In this document: piece by piece, positions 56,301-64,000 of the stretch
Layout of the letters: every line of letters starts with the position of its first letter
Position numbering within the stretch: the first letter of the stretch is position 1
Source of the DNA: Auanema rhodensis
Taxonomy: Eukaryota > Animalia > Nematoda
Length of the DNA stretch: 64,000 nucleotides
Direction: 5' to 3'
NCBI GenBank assembly: GCA_964057225.1
Contig: OZ059896.1
Location: 22,568,001-22,632,000 of the forward strand
Made by a program: the position numbers and the translations under genes
Notes under the pieces: model-generated
The model's input: only the letters and a program-made list of their open reading frames with translations
The model's database searches: none
Told to the model about the DNA's origin: nothing

Positions 56301-59300
56301 CGTTTCTCAATGTAGTATAGTGCATTCGATGCGGATTTTTAAGCTGCGTCGATCTGTGTTATCAGATTTGCGCTAGCTTAAAAATGCACCGAGATATCAA
56401 CTGATATAAGTTCACACTTATATCCTCGATTTTCACCCTGAAGAATTAATTTTTTCGTTGAATAACATTGTCCATCGTCTTTGCCTTGAAAAAAGGAATC
56501 TAAAAACATCTACTTTTTGCTAAATTATTTTGAAATTTTTCGAAAAAATTTTTGTCAAAATGTTTTTGGAAGTAATGTTGAGTGTACATGGAAACTCAAC
56601 ATACACTAATGCATCATTTTTCAAACGATCATAACTAATTTCTGTATTAAGCGTTTCCCAATGTAGTATAGTGCATTCGATGCGGATTTTTAAGCTGCGT
56701 CGATCTGTGTTATCAGATTTGCGCTAGCTTAAAAATGCACCGAGATATCAACTGATATAAGTTCACACTTATATCCTCGATTTTCACCCTGAAGAATTAA
56801 TTTTTTCGTTGAATAACATTGTCCATCGTCTTTGCCTTAAAAAAAGGAATCTAAAAACATCTACTTTTTGCTAAATTATTCTGAAATTTTTCGAAAAAAT
56901 TTTTGTCAAAATGTTTTTGGAAGCAATGTTGAGTGTACATGGAAACTCAACATACACTAATGCATCATTTTTCAAACGATCATAACTAATTTTTGTATTA
57001 AGCGTTTCTCAATGTAGTATAGTGCATTCGATGCGGATTTTTAAGCTGCGTCGATCTGTGTTATCAGATTTGCGCTAGCTTAAAAATGCACCGAGATATC
57101 AACTGATATAAGTTCACACTTATAGCCTCGATTTTCACCCTGAAGAATTAATTTTTTCGTTGAATAACATTGTCCATCGTCTTTGCTTTGAAAAAAGGAA
57201 TCTAAAAACATCTACTTTTTGCTAAATTATTTTGAAATTTTTCGAAAAAATTTTTGTCAAAATGTTTTTGGAAGCAATGTTGAGTGTACATGGAAACTCA
57301 ACATACACTAATGCATCATTTTTCAAACGATCATAACTAATTTCTGTATTAAGCGTTTCTCAATGTAGTATAGTGCATTCGATGCGGATTTTTAAGCTGC
57401 GTCGATCTGTGTTATCAGATTTGCGCTAGCTTAAAAATGCACCGAGATATCAACTGATATAAGTTCACACTTATATCCTCGATTTTCACCCTGAAGAATT
57501 AATTTTTTCGTTGAATAACATTGTCCATCGTCTTTGCCTTGAAAAAAGGAATCTAAAAACATCTACTTTTTGCTAAATTATTTTGAAATTTTTCGAAAAA
57601 ATTTTTGTCAAAATGTTTTTGGAAGTAATGTTGAGTGTACATGGAAACTCAACATACACTAATGCATCATTTTTCAAACGATCATAACTAATTTTTGTAT
57701 TAAGCGTTTCTCAATGTAGTATAGTGCATTCGATGCGGATTTTTAAGCTGCGTCGATCTGTGTTATCAGATTTGCGCTAGCTTAAAAATGCACCGAGATA
57801 TCAACTGATATAAGTTCACACTTATATCCTCGATTTTCACCCTGAAGAATTAATTTTTTCGTTGAATAACATTGTCCATCGTCTTTGCCTTAAAAAAAGG
57901 AATCTAAAAACATCTACTTTTTGCTAAATTATTCTGAAATTTTTCGAAAAAATTTTTGTCAAAATGTTTTTGGAAGCAATGTTGAGTGTACATGGAAACT
58001 CAACATACACTAATGCATCATTTTTCAAACGATCATAACTAATTTTTGTATTAAGCGTTTCTCAATGTAGTATAGTGCATTCGATGCGGATTTTTAAGCT
58101 GCGTCGATCTGTGTTATCAGATTTGCGCTAGCTTAAAAATGCACCGAGATATCAACTGATATAAGTTCACACTTATAGCCTCGATTTTCACCCTGAAGAA
58201 TTAATTTTTTCGTTGAATAACATTGTCCATCGTCTTTGCTTTGAAAAAAGGAATCTAAAAACATCTACTTTTTGCTAAATTATTTTGAAATTTTTCGAAA
58301 AAATTTTTGTCAAAATGTTTTTGGAAGCAATGTTGAGTGTACATGGAAACTCAACATACACTAATGCATCATTTTTCAAACGATCATAACTAATTTCTGT
58401 ATTAAGCGTTTCTCAATGTAGTATAGTGCATTCGATGCGGATTTTTAAGCTGCGTCGATCTGTGTTATCAGATTTGCGCTAGCTTAAAAATGCACCGAGA
58501 TATCAACTGATATAAGTTCACACTTATATCCTCGATTTTCACCCTGAAGAATTAATTTTTTCGTTGAATAACATTGTCCATCGTCTTTGCCTTGAAAAAA
58601 GGAATCTAAAAACATCTACTTTTTGCTAAATTATTTTGAAATTTTTCGAAAAAATTTTTGTCAAAATGTTTTTGGAAGTAATGTTGAGTGTACATGGAAA
58701 CTCAACATACACTAATGCATCATTTTTCAAACGATCATAACTAATTTTTGTATTAAGCGTTTCTCAATGTAGTATAGTGCATTCGATGCGGATTTTTAAG
58801 CTGCGTCGATCTGTGTTATCAGATTTGCGCTAGCTTAAAAATGCACCGAGATATCAACTGATATAAGTTCACACTTATATCCTCGATTTTCACCCTGAAG
58901 AATTAATTTTTTCGTTGAATAACATTGTCCATCGTCTTTGCCTTGAAAAAAGGAATCTAAAAACATCTACTTTTTGCTAAATTATTTTGAAATTTTTCGA
59001 AAAAATTTTTGTCAAAATGTTTTTGGAAGTAATGTTGAGTGTACATGGAAACTCAACATACACTAATGCATCATTTTTCAAACGATCATAACTAATTTTT
59101 GTATTAAGCGTTTCTCAATGTAGTATAGTGCATTCAATGCGGATTTTTAAGCTGCGTCGATCTGTGTTATCAGATTTGCGCTAGCTTAAAAATGCACCGA
59201 GATATCAACTGATATAAGTTCACACTTATAGCCTCGATTTTCACCCTGAAGAATTAATTTTTTCGTTGAATAACATTGTCCATCGTCTTTGCTTTGAAAA

Positions 59301-62300
59301 AAGGAATCTAAAAACATCTACTTTTTGCTAAATTATTTTGAAATTTTTCGAAAAAATTTTTGTCAAAATGTTTTTGGAAGCAATGTTGAGTGTACATGGA
59401 AACTCAACATACACTAATGCATCATTTTTCAAACGATCATAACTAATTTCTGTATTAAGCGTTTCTCAATGTAGTATAGTGCATTCGATGCGGATTTTTA
59501 AGCTGCGTCGATCTGTGTTATCAGATTTGCGCTAGCTTAAAAATGCACCGAGATATCAACTGATATAAGTTCACACTTATAGCCTCGATTTTCACCCTGA
59601 AGAATTAATTTTTTCGTTGAATAACATTGTCCATCGTCTTTGCCTTAAAAAAAGGAATCTAAAAACATCTACTTTTTGCTAAATTATTCTGAAATTTTTC
59701 GAAAAAATTTTTGTCAAAATGTTTTTGGAAGCAATGTTGAGTGTACATGGAAACTCAACATACACTAATGCATCATTTTTCAAACGATCATAACTAATTT
59801 TTGTATTAAGCGTTTCTCAATGTAGTATAGTGCATTCGATGCGGATTTTTAAGCTGCGTCGATCTGTGTTATCAGATTTGCGCTAGCTTAAAAATGCACC
59901 GAGATATCAACTGATATAAGTTCACACTTATAGCCTCGATTTTCACCCTGAAGAATTAATTTTTTCGTTGAATAACATTGTCCATCGTCTTTGCTTTGAA
60001 AAAAGGAATCTAAAAACATCTACTTTTTGCTAAATTATTTTGAAATTTTTCGAAAAAATTTTTGTCAAAATGTTTTTGGAAGCAATGTTGAGTGTACATG
60101 GAAACTCAACATACACTAATGCATCATTTTTCAAACGATCATAACTAATTTCTGTATTAAGCGTTTCTCAATGTAGTATAGTGCATTCGATGCGGATTTT
60201 TAAGCTGCGTCGATCTGTGTTATCAGATTTGCGCTAGCTTAAAAATGCACCGAGATATCAACTGATATAAGTTCACACTTATAGCCTCGATTTTCACCCT
60301 GAAGAATTAATTTTTTCGTTGAATAACATTGTCCATCGTCTTTGCCTTAAAAAAAGGAATCTAAAAACATCTACTTTTTGCTAAATTATTCTGAAATTTT
60401 TCGAAAAAATTTTTGTCAAAATGTTTTTGGAAGCAATGTTGAGTGTACATGGAAACTCAACATACACTAATGCATCATTTTTCAAACGATCATAACTAAT
60501 TTTTGTATTAAGCGTTTCTCAATGTAGTATAGTGCATTCGATGCGGATTTTTAAGCTGCGTCGATCTGTGTTATCAGATTTGCGCTAGCTTAAAAATGCA
60601 CCGAGATATCAACTGATATAAGTTCACACTTATAGCCTCGATTTTCACCCTGAAGAATTAATTTTTTCGTTGAATAACATTGTCCATCGTCTTTGCCTTA
60701 AAAAAAGGAATCTAAAAACATCTACTTTTTGCTAAATTATTCTGAAATTTTTCGAAAAAATTTTTGTCAAAATGTTTTTGGAAGCAATGTTGAGTGTACA
60801 TGGAAACTCAACATACACTAATGCATCATTTTTCAAACGATCATAACTAATTTTTGTATTAAGCGTTTCTCAATGTAGTATAGTGCATTCGATGCGGATT
60901 TTTAAGCTGCGTCGATCTGTGTTATCAGATTTGCGCTAGCTTAAAAATGCACCGAGATATCAACTGATATAAGTTCACACTTATAGCCTCGATTTTCACC
61001 CTGAAGAATTAATTTTTTCGTTGAATAACATTGTCCATCGTCTTTGCTTTGAAAAAAGGAATCTAAAAACATCTACTTTTTGCTAAATTATTTTGAAATT
61101 TTTCGAAAAAATTTTTGTCAAAATGTTTGTGGAAGCAATGTTGAGTGTTTATGGAAACTCAACATACACTAATGCATCATTTTTCAAACGATCATAACTA
61201 ATTTCTGTATTAAGCGTTTCTCAATGTAGTATAGTGCATTCGATGCGGATTTTTAAGCTGCGTCGATCTGTGTTATCAGATTTGCGCTAGCTTAAAAATG
61301 CACCGAGATATCAACTGATATAAGTTCACACTTATATCCTCGATTTTCACCCTGAAGAATTAATTTTTTCGTTGAATAACATTGTCCATCGTCTTTGCCT
61401 TGAAAAAAGGAATCTAAAAACATCTACTTTTTGCTAAATTATTCTGAAATTTTTCGAAAAAATTTTTGTCAAAATGTTTTTGGAAGTAATGTTGAGTGTA
61501 CATGGAAACTCAACATACACTAATGCATCATTTTTCAAACGATCATAACTAATTTCTGTATTAAGCGTTTCTCAATGTAGTATAGTGCATTCGATGCGGA
61601 TGTTTAAGCTGCGTCGATCTGTGTTATCAGATTTGCGCTAGCTTAAAAATGCACCGAGATATCAACTGATATAAGTTCACACTTATATCCTCGATTTTCA
61701 CCCTGAAGAATTAATTTTTTCGTTGAATAACATTGTCCATCGTCTTTGCCTTGAAAAAAGGAATCTAAAAACATCTACTTTTTGCTAAATTATTCTGAAA
61801 TTTTTCGAAAAAATTTTTGTCAAAATGTTTTTGGAAGCAATGTTGAGTGTACATGGAAACTCAACATACACTAATGCATCATTTTTCAAACGATCATAAC
61901 TAATTTTTGTATTAAGCGTTTCTCAATGTAGTATAGTGCATTCGATGCGGATTTTTAAGCTGCGTCGATCTGTGTTATCAGATTTGCGCTAGCTTAAAAA
62001 TGCACCGAGATATCAACTGATATAAGTTCACACTTATAGCCTCGATTTTCACCCTGAAGAATTAATTTTTTCGTTGAATAACATTGTCCATCGTCTTTGC
62101 TTTGAAAAAAGGAATCTAAAAACATCTACTTTTTGCTAAATTATTTTGAAATTTTTCGAAAAAATTTTTGTCAAAATGTTTTTGGAAGCAATGTTGAGTG
62201 TTTATGGAAACTCAACATACACTAATGCATCATTTTTCAAACGATCATAACTAATTTCTGTATTAAGCGTTTCTCAATGTAGTATAGTGCATTCGATGCG

Positions 62301-64000
62301 GATTTTTAAGCTGCGTCGATCTGTGTTATCAGATTTGCGCTAGCTTAAAAATGCACCGAGATATCAACTGATATAAGTTCACACTTATATCCTCGATTTT
62401 CACCCTGAAGAATTAATTTTTTCGTTGAATAACATTGTCCATCGTCTTTGCCTTGAAAAAAGGAATCTAAAAACATCTACTTTTTGCTAAATTATTTTGA
62501 AATTTTTCGAAAAAATTTTTGTCAAAATGTTTTTGGAAGTAATGTTGAGTGTACATGGAAACTCAACATACACTAATGCATCATTTTTCAAACGATCATA
62601 ACTAATTTTTGTATTAAGCGTTTCTCAATGTAGTATAGTGCATTCGATGCGGATTTTTAAGCTGCGTCGATCTGTGTTATCAGATTTGCGCTAGCTTAAA
62701 AATGCACCGAGATATCAACTGATATAAGTTCAAACTTATAGCCTCGATTTTCACCCTGAAGAATTAATTTTTTCGTTGAATAACATTGTCCATCGTCTTT
62801 GCTTTGAAAAAAGAAATCTAAAAACATCTACTTTTTGCTAAATTATTTTGAAATTTTTCGAAAAAATTTTTGTCAAAATGTTTTTGGAAGCAATGTTGAG
62901 TGTACATGGAAACTCAACATACACTAATGCATCATTTTTCAAACGATCATAACTAATTTCTGTATTAAGCGTTTCTCAATGTAGTATAGTGCATTCGATG
63001 CGGATTTTTAAGCTGCGTCGATCTGTGTTATCAGATTTGCGCTAGCTTGAAAATGCACCGAGATATCAACTGATATAAGTTCACACTTATATCATCGATT
63101 TTCACCCTGAAGAATTAATTTTTTCGTTGAATAACATTGTCCATCGTCTTTGCCTTAAAAAAAGGAATCTAAAAACATCTACTTTTTGCTAAATTAATTT
63201 GAAATTTTTCGAAAAAATTTTTGTCAAAATGTTTTTGGAAGCAATGTTGATTGTACATGGAAACTCAACATACACTAATGCATCATTTTTCAAACGATCA
63301 TAACTAATTTTTGTATTGAGCGTTTCTCAATGTGGTATTGTGCATTCGATGCGGATTTTTAAGCTGCGTCGATCTGTGTTATCAGATTTGCGCTAGTTTA
63401 AAAATGCACCGAGATATCAACTGATATAAGTTCACACTTATATCGTCGATTTTCACCCTGAAGAATTGATTTTTTCGTTGAATAACATTGTCCATCGTTT
63501 TTGCCTTGAAAAAAGAAATCTAAAAACATCTACTTTTTGCTAAGTTATTTTGAAATTTTTCGAAAAAATTTTTGTCAAAATGTTTTTGGAAGCAATGTTG
63601 AGTGTACATGGAAACTCAACATACACTAATGCATCATTTTTCAAACGATCATAACTAATTTTTGTATTAAGCGTTTCTCAATGTAGTATAGTGCATTCGA
63701 TGCGGATTTTTAAGCTGCGTCGATCTGTGTTATCAGATTTGCGCTAGCTTAAAAATGCACCGAGATATCAACTGATATAAGTTCACACTTATAGCCTCGA
63801 TTTTCACCCTGAAGAATTAATTTTTTCGTTGAATAACATTGTCCATCGTCTTTGCTTTGAAAAAAGGAATCTAAAAACATCTACTTTTTGCTAAATTATT
63901 TTGAAATTTTTCGAAAAAATTTTTGTCAAAATGTTTTTGGAAGCAATGTTGAGTGTACATGGAAACTCAACATACACTAATGCATCATTTTTCAAACGAT

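Larger units (their letters stand above)
37213..63000. repeat. Subfamily domain B, second block
   Basis: Same diagnostic variants as 2459-19949, with rare markers appearing in the same order. Confidence 0.75.
1..64000. repeat. Tandem satellite DNA array, 351-bp monomer, ~182.3 head-to-tail copies, probably (peri)centromeric heterochromatin; runs off both window ends
   Basis: The motif tttgctaaat recurs at 1, 352, 703, 1054 and so on up to 63887 (182x351+4 after position 1). ORF-track spacings are multiples of 351 (2106=6x351, 2459=7x351+2, 2810=8x351+2). I saw no non-repeat sequence or inversion. The centromeric location is inference. Confidence 0.99.

Noticed and set aside
1-64000. CRISPR array or another prokaryotic repeat system, suggested by regularly spaced hairpins
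   Set aside because: There are no unique spacers, since the whole 351 bp repeats, and there are no cas or other genes.

Overview
The whole 64 kb window is one uninterrupted head-to-tail array of a single AT-rich satellite DNA with a 351-bp monomer (about 32% GC by hand count of the consensus). It holds 182 complete monomers plus a 114-bp partial one, all in the same orientation and differing from the consensus by only a few percent or less. I see no credible genes, RNA genes, CRISPR array or inserted transposon; the listed ORFs are by-products of monomer variants. This looks like eukaryotic (peri)centromeric heterochromatin. CpG is not depleted (observed/expected about 1.4), which suggests an invertebrate, possibly insect, host, but that is inference and I do not recognise the family. 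The informative structure is at two levels. (1) Each monomer is a chain of short inverted repeats, including a ~51-nt hairpin and two perfect 9-bp stems. (2) Diagnostic SNPs reveal two alternating subfamily domains, nested in-register duplications of 2, 3, 4, 6, 7, 8 and 13 monomers, a 99-monomer (34,754 bp) long-range repeat, mappable chimeric monomers, and two patches of divergent sequence. I found no novel protein-coding system. All positions and counts were read by eye and should be confirmed computationally.
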